From Trinickia sp. (GTDB taxonomy: Bacteria; Pseudomonadota; Gammaproteobacteria; Burkholderiales; Burkholderiaceae): DNA of 64,000 nucleotides. The notes below the pieces were generated by a model, which was given only the letters and a program-made list of their open reading frames with translations, was not told the origin of the DNA and ran no database searches. Positions 1 through 9,437 of this stretch are shown here, in pieces. Location of the stretch: assembly GCA_051961035.1 (NCBI GenBank), contig JBQCDS010000465.1, positions 2,002 to 66,001 of the forward strand, given 5' to 3'. Both the position numbers and the translations under genes were made by a program. How positions within the stretch are numbered: position 1 is the first letter of the stretch; each line of letters begins with the position of its first letter.

Positions 1-1909
1 GGGGCTCGGCCGACATGCCCGGCGTCGATGCCGGCGCCGCGCTCGACGGCGGCGTCGCCGGCACCGCGCTCGGCGGCACGACCCACGGCGCCGGCGCCTT
101 GTTCGGCAGCGCCTCGTCCGAATTGAACGGCTGCCCCGGCAGCGGCGGCTCGACACCGAGCGGAATGCCGTTCGGCTCGAATGCGCTCGCGGTCTGCACG
201 ACGCGCGGCGTGAGCAGATAGAACCGATCGGTGCGCGAGCCGTCCTTCTTCGTGTATTTGAAGAGATTGCCGATCCACGGAATGTCCGATATCCACGGAA
301 TGCCCGTCTTGTTCGTCGTGCGCGTGTCGTTGTTGAAGCCGGCGATGAGCAAGCTCTTGCCCTCGTCGATCATCGCCTTCGTCACGATGTTGCGCTCGAT
401 CACGGCCGGCACTTGCGTCACCGTCAGCGTATTGCTCAGTTCGCCGTCGTCGATGTCGATCGACATCATCACGCCCGGTTTGCCGCCGTCGCTCACGATG
501 CGCGGCGTGACCTTCACGCTCGTGCCCGTCGTGATCCCATAGAGCGACGAATCTTGATAACCGGCCACCTGCACGTAGAACTCGGTCAGGTTCTCGAGGA
601 TCGCCTCGTTGTTGTCGAGCGTCAGAATCATCGGCTTCGACAAGGTCTGCGCCTTGCCCTTTTGCTGCAGCAAGTTGATGCGCGAAAGCAGATAGTTGCG
701 CATGGCCCCGCCGATCGACGCCGTCAGCGCCATCCCGAGCGGCGTCGAGGCACCGGTTTGGCCCGCTTCGGTGTTGGTGCTGAACGACAAAGGCGGATTG
801 CTGCCGTCGCCGAATTGGAAGTCTCCGTTCGGCGTATGCAGCCGCCAATCGACGCCGAACGAGTCGAGCGCGCTTTCGTCGATGTCGATGATCGTCAACC
901 CGACCTCGATCAGCCGCGGCCGCGCATCGAGGGCGGAGATCAGTTGCGCGTATTGCGGCATATGCTCGGGCACGTCGCGCACGATGACCGCGTTCGTCCC
1001 CGCATCGGCGACGATCTGCGGCAGCGAAACCGGCTGCCCGTTGCGTCCCAGCGCATCCGTTGCATCGCTGCTCGGCGTTTGCGTGGCGGCGGCCGCGCCG
1101 AGCGTCAACCGCGGCACGTTGATCGTATCCCCGGACGAGAGCTTGACCTGCCGATTCGTGCCCCCGAGCCGCGCGCCGTAGCCGGGCAGGCCTCCGTTGA
1201 GGTCATTCTTGCCGAACAGGCGGCCAAGCGTCGTCGCCACCCCGGGAATCGTCACTTCCTTGCCCGAACGATTGATCTGAAAATCGGTGGCATACGCATA
1301 GCGCAGCGGGAAGGCGCGAATCTCCGCCCGATCGAGCCCGCGGCTCGGGTCGGTAATCGTCGAGATCGCCTGCCGAACGAGTTCGACGTAGCGCTGCGGG
1401 CCCGACACATAGATCGTGTTTTCCCGATCGCTGATGATGAGCGGGAACCGCTTGTCGGGAATGCGCATCGCCTCGAGCGTGCGCGAAAGCTCACCGGCAC
1501 TGCCCCTCGGAATCGGAAACACCTGTGTCTGCCCGTCTTCGGCACGATCGATGTAGAGCAGCGACCCGTCGAAGTAATACGTGAGGCCGTACGTCGCACA
1601 GACGCTGCGCAGCGTCGCCAACGGCGAGCCCGAAAAATGCCCGCTGATGGTGCCGTCGATCTTCGAATCGATGACGGCCGTGACGCCCTGCGCCGAGGCG
1701 AGCTCGCGCAGGAAATCGGACACCTTCTTGCCGTCGGCCACGATCGTATAGAGACGATCGCGCCACTGCAGCTCGGCCGCATGCGCGACGCGCGGCGCAC
1801 CTAGCATGCCGGCGAGCGACAACGCGAATGCGCCGAGCGCGAACTGCGAGAACAGCGAGACGCTGCGCAAACGGGCAGCATAGGCGCGGCGCGCCCGAGG
1901 AGTAGGCAT
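1..1909 (-). CDS. sctC: T3SS outer-membrane secretin (SctC/HrcC/EscC family), C-terminus runs off the window
   Basis: Manual translation from ATG 1909 gives a signal peptide, then AELQWRDRLYTIVADGKKVSDFLRELASAQG...YVSGPQRYVELV (N domains) and the secretin motif GIPWISDIPWIGNLFKY. It is absent from the ORF track because it has no stop in the window. Lies downstream of sctS. Confidence 0.92.
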   Translation of the reverse strand, partial: MPTPRARRAYAARLRSVSLFSQFALGAFALSLAGMLGAPRVAHAAELQWRDRLYTIVADGKKVSDFLRELASAQGVTAVIDSKIDGTISGHFSGSPLATLRSVCATYGLTYYFDGSLLYIDRAEDGQTQVFPIPRGSAGELSRTLEAMRIPDKRFPLIISDRENTIYVSGPQRYVELVRQAISTITDPSRGLDRAEIRAFPLRYAYATDFQINRSGKEVTIPGVATTLGRLFGKNDLNGGLPGYGARLGGTNRQVKLSSGDTINVPRLTLGAAAATQTPSSDATDALGRNGQPVSLPQIVADAGTNAVIVRDVPEHMPQYAQLISALDARPRLIEVGLTIIDIDESALDSFGVDWRLHTPNGDFQFGDGSNPPLSFSTNTEAGQTGASTPLGMALTASIGGAMRNYLLSRINLLQQKGKAQTLSKPMILTLDNNEAILENLTEFYVQVAGYQDSSLYGITTGTSVKVTPRIVSDGGKPGVMMSIDIDDGELSNTLTVTQVPAVIERNIVTKAMIDEGKSLLIAGFNNDTRTTNKTGIPWISDIPWIGNLFKYTKKDGSRTDRFYLLTPRVVQTASAFEPNGIPLGVEPPLPGQPFNSDEALPNKAPAPWVVPPSAVPATPPSSAAPASTPGMSAEP

Positions 1910-1917
1910 CTGCGTGC

Positions 1918-2175
1918 TCAAAACAACCTCGCGAAAGACTGCTGACCGAAGAGCAGAACCGAGCGCCCGATCCAACCGCCCGTCATGATGATCGCGACCA
2001 TGACCGCGATCATGCGGGCGGCCAAACCAATCGTTTGGTCCTGCAGTTGCGTCACGGCCTGCGCCAAGGCGACGAAGAGCGCCACGCCGGCCGCGACGAG
2101 CACGACCGGCAGCGACAGCATCAGCACGAGCAACAACGCCTGACGCGTAATGTCCAATATCGTTTCGTTAGTCAT
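1918..2175 (-). CDS. sctS: T3SS export apparatus subunit SctS (HrcS/EscS)
   Basis: 85 aa hydrophobic protein with the family motif ALAQAVTQLQDQT. Confidence 0.93.
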   Translation of the reverse strand: MTNETILDITRQALLLVLMLSLPVVLVAAGVALFVALAQAVTQLQDQTIGLAARMIAVMVAIIMTGGWIGRSVLLFGQQSFARLF

Positions 2176-2271
2176 CGAGTGAGCGCTCCTCTTGAGGCTG
2201 CGATGCTTGCTGCCGTGCCTTACCCTGCCTTACCGTGCCTGCTTCGCCGTACGCGCTAGCGCGGCGTTGCC

Positions 2272-4494
2272 CTATGCGATCGCCGGGTTCGACACCCAGC
2301 CGATGGTGTTCAACTGAACATCCTCTTCGAGTTCCTGATAGGAGAGCACCGGCAAGTCGGGCAGCACGGCCGCCAGCGTGGTCCGCACATAGCGGCGCAC
2401 GTTCAGCGAAACGACCACGGCCGTGCGCACCGACGTCGCACGCTTGCGCGGCATGCCGCCGCTGGCCGCGCTTCGATGACCGTCGAACAGCGCCCGCACC
2501 TGCCGGCACACGTCGTCCTTGACCTCGTGCGCGAGCCCGAGCACGTTGCCCTGCTTCGTGCGCAGCACGGCTTGCTCGAAGCGCTCCTGCAACACCGGCT
2601 CGAACAAGATGACGTCGAGCTTGCGCGCATTGCCCACGTGACGATCGGTGATCATGCGGCGCAGATCGACGCGCACGAGCTCGACGAGCGCGATCGTGTC
2701 GTCGGGCTCTCGCGGCGCCCAGGTGATCATGCTTTCGAAGATGATGCGCAGATTGCGGATCGGGATGTCTTCGAGCAGCAGGCGCCGCAGCACCTCGGTA
2801 ATGCGCTGCAGCGGCACCAAGCGCATCAGCTCGGCGACGAGCTCGGCGTAGTCGCGCCGCACGAGCCGGATCAGGTGCTGCGCCTCCTGAATGCCGATCA
2901 GCGCCGCGGCATGCTTGCGCACTTCGCTCTCGACGTGCCTCGCCAGCACCTCCTCGGTGCGCAGGCCGGCCAGTGGCGCGGGCACGGCCGCATCGGCTGA
3001 GAAAACCGATTTGACGCGCGGCGGCGGCGCTTGCTGAACGCGAGGCTTAGCGGGCTTCGCATCGAGCGGCAGCCAGACGGGCTGAAAGAACGGGCCGAAC
3101 GGCTCCCCCGGCACGCGTTCGACACTATCGGCCAGCGGCGTGACGCCGTCCCACAGCAGCCGCTCGGGCTGCACTTGCCCTTCCGACGCCAGCACGTCCT
3201 GAACGAACACTTGATAGCGCCCCTCGAGCAATGCCGTTTCGAACGCAACGTGCACGCGTGGAAAGATGGGCCCGATGTCGGCTTCGACGTTCGACTTCGC
3301 CACCGCCAGCGCTTCTTGCAAGCGCACGAGATTCAGGTGCGGCGAAAGCGTCCGCGCCAGCGTGACGGCGAGCGGCGACGTCACGCCCGACGTATGGGGG
3401 CCGACTTGCGCCTCGTGCTCGCCGGCGGCGATCGGCTCGGCCAGCGTGATGAGCGTGAGCGGCGGCATCGTCTTGCGACGGCGCAGCAGCAGTGCCCCGC
3501 CGCCGCCCGTCGCGAGCGCGAGCCCCCCGAACGACCAGGCAGGAAAGCCCGGCACGAACGCGAACGCCAGCAGCACGGCGGACGCGATCAACAACGCGCG
3601 CGGATGCGCGGTGACCTGCTTGCCGATCTGCTCGCCGAGCTGACTGTCGTTGGCGTCGCGCGTCGCCACGCGCGTGGTGACGACGCCGGCGGCGATCGAG
3701 ACGAGCAACGACGGAATTTGCGCCGACATGCCGTCGCCGACGGTCAGGATGGCGTAGCGATGCAGCGCATCGGACACGCTCATGTCTTTCATGATCGTGC
3801 CGACGGCGATGCCGGCCAGAATGTTGACGAACGCGATGACGGTGCCGGCGATGGCATCGCCCTTGACGAACTTCATCGCGCCGTCCATTGCCCCATGCAG
3901 TTGCGATTCCTGCTCGAGCCGCTCGCGGCGATGCTTGGCTTCCTCGGAACTGATGATGCCCGCGCGCAGATCGGCGTCGATGCTCATCTGCTTGCCGGGC
4001 ATCGCATCGAGCGAGAACCGTGCCCCGACTTCGGCGACGCGCTCGGAGCCTTTCGCGATGACGATGAACTGCACGATCGCGATGACGAGGAATACGACGC
4101 CGCCGACGACGAAGTTGTTGCCGACGACGAGCCGCCCGAATGCATCGATGATGTGCCCCGCATTCGCGTGCAGCAAGATTAGTTTGCACGACGCGATATT
4201 CAGCGACAGACGCAGCAGCGTCGTGAACAAAAGCATCGCGGGAAACGAAGAAAAGCTCAGCGCCGACGGCAGATACGTCGACACGGTGAGCAGCACGATG
4301 CTGATTGCGAGGTTCAGCGAGATGAGCGCGTCCATGGCCGCGGTGGGCAGCGGCAGCACGAACAGCGCGACGACGATCGCCATGAACCCGGCCAACGCGA
4401 GATCATAGGGCCGTACCGGGCGCCGCGCATCATCGGCGCCGCCCGCACTCGGCCACCAATCCTTCATTTGCTTTCTGAGCGCCGCCACGGACAT
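2272..4494 (-). CDS. sctV: T3SS export gate SctV (HrcV/EscV/FlhA family)
   Basis: FHIPEP motifs RVAEVGARFSLDAMPGKQMSIDADL, GAMDGAMKFVKGDAIAG and a C-terminal LPVLSYQEL. Start placed at ATG 4494 (MSVAALRK). Confidence 0.95.
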   Translation of the reverse strand: MSVAALRKQMKDWWPSAGGADDARRPVRPYDLALAGFMAIVVALFVLPLPTAAMDALISLNLAISIVLLTVSTYLPSALSFSSFPAMLLFTTLLRLSLNIASCKLILLHANAGHIIDAFGRLVVGNNFVVGGVVFLVIAIVQFIVIAKGSERVAEVGARFSLDAMPGKQMSIDADLRAGIISSEEAKHRRERLEQESQLHGAMDGAMKFVKGDAIAGTVIAFVNILAGIAVGTIMKDMSVSDALHRYAILTVGDGMSAQIPSLLVSIAAGVVTTRVATRDANDSQLGEQIGKQVTAHPRALLIASAVLLAFAFVPGFPAWSFGGLALATGGGGALLLRRRKTMPPLTLITLAEPIAAGEHEAQVGPHTSGVTSPLAVTLARTLSPHLNLVRLQEALAVAKSNVEADIGPIFPRVHVAFETALLEGRYQVFVQDVLASEGQVQPERLLWDGVTPLADSVERVPGEPFGPFFQPVWLPLDAKPAKPRVQQAPPPRVKSVFSADAAVPAPLAGLRTEEVLARHVESEVRKHAAALIGIQEAQHLIRLVRRDYAELVAELMRLVPLQRITEVLRRLLLEDIPIRNLRIIFESMITWAPREPDDTIALVELVRVDLRRMITDRHVGNARKLDVILFEPVLQERFEQAVLRTKQGNVLGLAHEVKDDVCRQVRALFDGHRSAASGGMPRKRATSVRTAVVVSLNVRRYVRTTLAAVLPDLPVLSYQELEEDVQLNTIGWVSNPAIA

Positions 4495-4736
4495 GAAATC
4501 CCTCGCTGAAAAAAGCCTGCGCGGAAACGGGAATCCGCGACGAAAAGTGTAAGAGCCGGGAGGGGTGCGCCTCAATCGTGAGATTCGTAGTAAATCGCGC
4601 GTCGACGAGCGCACGAATGCAAAACACTACTGAACAGTGCAGTTCCTTCGTATATGGGCACGCGGCTATAGTCGAAAACCATGAAACGGCGCTCGAGCAT
4701 TCGAGTCAGGCCGCTGCTCACGAGAAGGAGGACCGC

Positions 4737-5612
4737 ATGGCGAACCCCGAGGCGCGCAAGCGCCTGCCGAAAAGAAGCAGCGAGCGCGATGCGCGGCACG
4801 CGATCGACTTCATCGAAGTGGCCGATTGCGCGCTCGTCGTCAGCAAGCACGCCGCTCGCCACGGCGAGGCGAACGGCAGCGACCGCGTCTCCGAAATCGC
4901 AACCGATCTCTCTACGGCGCACTCGGCGCATGAGCGCAAGCAGTTGTTGCGCATCGCGCTGCGCACGATCGGCTTCGACTGGTTTTGCTATTGCCGCCTC
5001 ACGAGGCTCGGCGAGATGGTGAACCGCGCGCGCTACTTCGACCTATGCTCGCCGCCGGGCTGGGCGCAGCGCTACGTCGATCAGCGCTATTTCGACGTCG
5101 ATGCGCGCATGGCCTTTGCTTGCCGCCATGACTGGCCGCTCGTCTGGGATTTGGACGTATTGGCGGCCGAGCACGCAAACATGGCCGAATCGAACGAACG
5201 CACCCAGCGCTTTCTCGAAGATGCCGAGCGCTGCGGCACGCGCAGCGGCATCGCGTTCGGGCTCGTCGATCCGGCGAGCCTCGAGCACAGCGTCATCATC
5301 TTCAGTTCGGCGAATCCGACGAGCGATTGGATCAACGACCGCGTGGTCGGTCAAGCCTACGCGCTCGGCCTGGGCGTGCATGCTTTCCTCGCCGAGCAGA
5401 TGGCAGCGACGGCCCAAACGCCGATGCTGTCCGATCTGCAGCGCCGCATTCTGAACTTCACGGCCAGCGGCCTCAGCGACCGCGAAATCGCGCAGCAGCT
5501 GAACATGTCGTGCAGCAACGTCGACTATCACATGCGGCAGATCCGCAAGAAATATGGCGTGCTGAACCGCGTGCAGCTCGCGTATCTCGCGGGACGGCTG
5601 CTCGTCGTCTGA
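4737..5612 (+). CDS. LuxR-family regulator 1 (autoinducer-binding domain + LuxR HTH), first gene of the sctQ-sctR unit
   Basis: SD GAAGGAGG precedes ATG 4737. Contains GWAQRYVDQRYFDVDA...PLVW...RSG and the HTH LSDLQRRIL...GLSDREIA...NVDYH. Confidence 0.88.
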   Translation: MANPEARKRLPKRSSERDARHAIDFIEVADCALVVSKHAARHGEANGSDRVSEIATDLSTAHSAHERKQLLRIALRTIGFDWFCYCRLTRLGEMVNRARYFDLCSPPGWAQRYVDQRYFDVDARMAFACRHDWPLVWDLDVLAAEHANMAESNERTQRFLEDAERCGTRSGIAFGLVDPASLEHSVIIFSSANPTSDWINDRVVGQAYALGLGVHAFLAEQMAATAQTPMLSDLQRRILNFTASGLSDREIAQQLNMSCSNVDYHMRQIRKKYGVLNRVQLAYLAGRLLVV

Positions 5613-5617
5613 TTCCC

Positions 5618-6823
5618 ATGTCCGCCACTTTGGCGAGCGTGCCGCCCAAAGCGGGCACTGCGCGCACCGCCCCGCCCACGCCCGCATCGGTTGCGACCCA
5701 GCCGCTAGGCACTGCGTCCGCGCTGCCGCGCATCAGCCCATTGGCTGCCCATGCGTTGAACCGCGCCTATGCATGGCCGTCGCCGTTCGCATTCGCCGTC
5801 GCGCAGGGCCACTACGAACTGCGATGGCAAGCCGATGCCGAAGTGCGTGCGCCGGGGCACGTCTACGCGTTTCGCTTCGGGCCGGCCGAGGGCTGCTTCG
5901 TGCTCGATTCGATCGGCGAACATGCGTTGATCGGCGATGCCGCGACGGACAGCGTGCCGGCAGAGATTCGCTGCGCACTGATTGCCGATGCGCTCGCGCC
6001 GCTCATCGATGTGCTTGAACGAAGAACGCGGCAACGCATCGAGCTCGGCGTCGCACCCACCGAGCCGCCTTCGAAAAACGAGCTCATACGCGACCACGAC
6101 GCATTGCGCTTTTGCGTCACCCGGCCCGACAGCGAATGGCGCTGCTGCGGCGCGCTGCGCTTCACCGAGGAACGCTTTTTGGGCCTCGCCTGCCCCGCCG
6201 AGCCGCCGCCCCCAACACTCGCCGATACCGATTTCGACCAGTTGCCGATCGCGCTGCGCTTCGTGCTCGGGTCGACGATGCTCAGCATTGCCGAGCTGCA
6301 CTCGATCGCGCGCGGCGACATCATCGGCATCGAACGCTGGCAGTCGCTCGGCCAAGCCCTGCGCTGCACCGCGACGACGAACGAGGGCCATGTCACCGTG
6401 TCGGCCCGCGCTGTCGGCTCGCGCATCGTCATCGACCAAATCGAGGAGAATCCCGTGACGTCATCCTCACGGCCCGACGCGCCCGCGGCTGCGGCCGCGC
6501 CTGCCGCTTACACATCGAATGCGATCGCGGGCGATGCACAAGCCGGTGACGCCGGTTCCGCATTCGCCGGAGAGCCCGGCGCCTTGATTCGGATCGACGC
6601 GCTCGAGGTACGCGTCACGTTCGAGCTCGACGAGCGCTCGATGCCGCTCGCGCAACTGAAAGCGCTCAAGAGCGGTTACGTCATCGAACTCGAACAGCCG
6701 CTCAATCAAAGCACCGTTCATATTCGCGCGAACGGCACGCTCGTCGGGCAGGGGCACCTGATCGCCGTCGGCAACAAGCTCGGCGTGCGCGTGTCGCGCT
6801 TCTCGGAGAGCGGCGATGAGTAA
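5618..6823 (+). CDS. sctQ: T3SS sorting-platform/C-ring protein SctQ (HrcQ/YscQ)
   Basis: Two SPOA domains (LPIALRFVLG...GDII; LEVRVTFEL...GTLVGQGHLIAVGNKLGVRV). Overlaps the sctR start. Confidence 0.88.
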   Translation: MSATLASVPPKAGTARTAPPTPASVATQPLGTASALPRISPLAAHALNRAYAWPSPFAFAVAQGHYELRWQADAEVRAPGHVYAFRFGPAEGCFVLDSIGEHALIGDAATDSVPAEIRCALIADALAPLIDVLERRTRQRIELGVAPTEPPSKNELIRDHDALRFCVTRPDSEWRCCGALRFTEERFLGLACPAEPPPPTLADTDFDQLPIALRFVLGSTMLSIAELHSIARGDIIGIERWQSLGQALRCTATTNEGHVTVSARAVGSRIVIDQIEENPVTSSSRPDAPAAAAAPAAYTSNAIAGDAQAGDAGSAFAGEPGALIRIDALEVRVTFELDERSMPLAQLKALKSGYVIELEQPLNQSTVHIRANGTLVGQGHLIAVGNKLGVRVSRFSESGDE

Positions 6824-7475
6824 CATGCCGAGCCCGGTCACGATGCTGTTTTTGATCGTCGCGCTCGGCACCATTCCGTTCGCCGCGCTGATGGTGACGA
6901 GCTACACGAAGCTCGTCGTCGTCCTCGGCTTGCTGCGCACCGCGCTGGGCGTGCAGCAAGTGCCGCCGAACATCGTGCTGAACGGCATCGCCCTGATCCT
7001 GACGATCTACATCATGGCCCCCGTCGGCAGCGCGATCGTCGACACGATGCAACAGAGCCACGTCGCGATCGACGGCTCGATGAGCATCGACGACGTAATG
7101 GCGATCGGGCAATCGATTACGCCGCCGCTGAAGAAATTCCTCTCGCAGCACACGGTACCGGGCGAGCGCAATTTCTTCATGCGCTCGGCGACGGCCATTT
7201 GGCCCACGGAGCGCGCGCAGTCGCTCAAGTCCGACGATCTCATGGTGCTCGTGCCGAGCTTCATGCTCTCCGAGCTGACACGCGCGTTCCAAATCGGCTT
7301 CGTGATCTACGTCGTCTTCGTCGTCACCGACCTCATCGTCGCGAACGTTCTGCTCGCGCTCGGAATGCAGATGATCTCGCCGACGACGATCTCGATTCCG
7401 TTCAAGCTGCTGCTCTTCGTCATGCTCGATGGCTGGTCCGTGCTCGTGCACGGGCTCGTGCTGTCGTATCGCTGA
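6816..7475 (+). CDS. sctR: T3SS export apparatus subunit SctR (HrcR/YscR)
   Basis: Motifs LMVTSYTKLVVVLGLLRTALGVQQVPPN and PFKLLLFVMLDGW. Confidence 0.95.
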   Translation: MSNMPSPVTMLFLIVALGTIPFAALMVTSYTKLVVVLGLLRTALGVQQVPPNIVLNGIALILTIYIMAPVGSAIVDTMQQSHVAIDGSMSIDDVMAIGQSITPPLKKFLSQHTVPGERNFFMRSATAIWPTERAQSLKSDDLMVLVPSFMLSELTRAFQIGFVIYVVFVVTDLIVANVLLALGMQMISPTTISIPFKLLLFVMLDGWSVLVHGLVLSYR

Positions 7476-7492
7476 CGCACCGGGAGACGCCG

Positions 7493-8212
7493 ATGTGCCG
7501 AACGCTCGCCGCCGTTCTCGTCGCACTGCTGCTCGGCATCGGCTCGAAAGCCGCGCGCGCCGACGATTTCCTGGCGCTTGCGATGCGTTGCGCGCCGACT
7601 GTCGACGCGCACACGCTCGCCGCGCTCGTCAGCGTGGAATCGGGCTACAACCCCTATGCCATCGGCGTCGTGGGCGCCCATCTCGTGCGGCAGCCGACCT
7701 CGCGCGAGGAGGCCGAAACCACCGCGGCAAACCTCGCCCGGCTCGGCTACGACTTCAGCCTCGGGCTCGCGCAGGTCAATCGCCGCAATCTCGCGCGCTT
7801 CGGCGAAACCACGACCTCGATCTTCGATCCGTGCGCGAACTTGCGCGTCGCCGGGTCGATCTTGACGGAATGCTTCGCGCGCGCGGTCCATATCGTAGCC
7901 GACGAGCAATATGCACTGCGCAAAGCGCTCTCGTGCTACTACAGCGGCAACTTTTCGACGGGATTCGCGGCGGGCTACGTCGAGCGCGTCGTCTCGCATG
8001 CGCAGGACGACGGGCATCATGAAGTGGCGCCGATTCCGATCGCGCCAGGGGGCGTACCACCTCCCCAATCGATGCCGGCCCGGCACGCGCGCGAACGCGC
8101 CACACCGGCGCCGGCTACTCGTCTTTCGCGCTGCGCGCCGGGCATCGTCGTGCTGTCCGATTGCGCGGGTGAAAGTGGGTCGCGCAGCGGTACGATCCGG
8201 ATTTTGCAGTGA
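7493..8212 (+). CDS. Lytic transglycosylase, VirB1-like
   Basis: Signal peptide, then RCAPTVDAHTLAALVSVESGYNPYAIG (catalytic ES), SLGLAQVNRRN, FDPCANL and ALSCYYSG. Confidence 0.88.
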   Translation: MCRTLAAVLVALLLGIGSKAARADDFLALAMRCAPTVDAHTLAALVSVESGYNPYAIGVVGAHLVRQPTSREEAETTAANLARLGYDFSLGLAQVNRRNLARFGETTTSIFDPCANLRVAGSILTECFARAVHIVADEQYALRKALSCYYSGNFSTGFAAGYVERVVSHAQDDGHHEVAPIPIAPGGVPPPQSMPARHARERATPAPATRLSRCAPGIVVLSDCAGESGSRSGTIRILQ

Positions 8213-8497
8213 CCGCGCCGCATCGGCCCGAGGCAGAACGACCCAATAAACGGCTTTGGCGAGCGCCGATTCAAAGGGCATCTTTACCTGCCGAAACCCG
8301 CGCCGGCTGTACGTCTTACCGATAGTGGCCACTGTGAAATGCAGGCATACGGGCTTTTCGTAGTTCTCCCTCGCTGGCCCGCGCAAATCCCTGGTCGGAC
8401 TACTCGTTCGACGCGCGCCTGAATGCGCCTCCCGCTGGATACTGTTGCCTCTCGCGGCCCTCGGGCATGCGTGCGCTCACTGGATGGAGGGAGAAAG

Positions 8498-9412
8498 ATG
8501 AGTCAGTACGGCGCCATCGATGCAGATACCGATGCTTCGAACTTCCTGGTGTTCGGCGATGCCGAGCTCGACAGCGCGGCCGATGCGCCGCTCGATGACG
8601 ACGTGCCCGAAGGCCAGAGGCTCGCGGGCATCGCGCACGATCTAGCCAAGGTCGGTACCGCGCAGGCGCGGCACGCCCTGCTGCGCCCCGCATTGCGCGC
8701 AGCCGGTTTCGAATCCATCTGCTACATGCGCGTCTCGCGCATCGGCGACACGATCAACGGGATCGTCTACTTCAATGCGTTCTCACCGAACGGATGGGCG
8801 CAACGCTATTTGCGAGAGCGCTTCTATGAAATCGACGCACGCCTCGCCTATTCATGCAGGCACGAGTGGCCCATGCTATGGGATCTGTCGTCGATCGCAT
8901 CGACAGGATCGGCGGCCAGCGCCAGCGCCAGCGCCGGCGCGACGAGCATGACGAGCTCAGCGGCCGCGGACCGAGCCGAACGCTTCGCCACGGCGGCCCG
9001 CGATGCGGGGACGCTGTCGGGCGTCTCGTTCGGCCTTGGCACGCCCGACGCGCTCGACACTTGCGTCGTCATGTTCGCCAACTCGCAGCCGTCGAAGGCG
9101 CGGCTTCCCGATATGTCGATCGGCCATGCCTACGCGCTGGCCGTCGGCCTGCACGAGTACCTCACGCTGCGCGCACCGCACATCCAGCGCCCCGCCTCGA
9201 TCGCCGAGCTCACCGACATTCAGCGCTCGATCCTCGAGCTCGTGACGCTCGGCCTGAACGATCGCGACATCGCGGACCGGCTCGGCACCTCGCATCACAA
9301 TGTGGACTACTATCTGCGCCAACTGAAGAAGCTCTACCACGCAACCAATCGCGTGCAGCTCGCCTACATCGCGGGGCGCGTGCTGGGCGCGCCAAACGCA
9401 GCCCGGCGTTGA
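8498..9412 (+). CDS. LuxR-family regulator 2 (autoinducer-binding domain + HTH)
   Basis: SD GGAGGGAG. Contains GWAQRYLRERFYEIDA...PMLW...LSG and the HTH LTDIQRSIL...GLNDRDIA...NVDYY. Confidence 0.88.
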   Translation: MSQYGAIDADTDASNFLVFGDAELDSAADAPLDDDVPEGQRLAGIAHDLAKVGTAQARHALLRPALRAAGFESICYMRVSRIGDTINGIVYFNAFSPNGWAQRYLRERFYEIDARLAYSCRHEWPMLWDLSSIASTGSAASASASAGATSMTSSAAADRAERFATAARDAGTLSGVSFGLGTPDALDTCVVMFANSQPSKARLPDMSIGHAYALAVGLHEYLTLRAPHIQRPASIAELTDIQRSILELVTLGLNDRDIADRLGTSHHNVDYYLRQLKKLYHATNRVQLAYIAGRVLGAPNAARR

Positions 9413-9417
9413 CCCTG

Positions 9418-9436
9418 GCGGTAGGCCTACTACCGC
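9418..9436. terminator. Short hairpin between convergent LuxR2 and LuxR3
   Basis: GCGGTAG-GCCTA-CTACCGC: 7-bp stem, no clear U-tract. Confidence 0.35.
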
Positions 9437-9437
9437 T

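Noticed and set aside
413-1804. 463-aa plus-strand ORF, and the many similar long antisense ORFs (e.g. 18180-20120, 38730-41636, 46743-48938)
   Set aside because: Shadow frames opposite recognisable genes in high-GC DNA; Arg-rich with no motifs.
4495-4736. PIP/hrpII box (TTCG-N16-TTCG) in the T3SS divergent promoter
   Set aside because: TTCG/CGAA words occur, but none at the required 20-bp period here or upstream of LuxR2.
8915-8937. (GCCAGC)n microsatellite in LuxR2 as a phase-variation switch
   Set aside because: The 6-bp unit keeps the frame and only lengthens an Ala/Ser linker.
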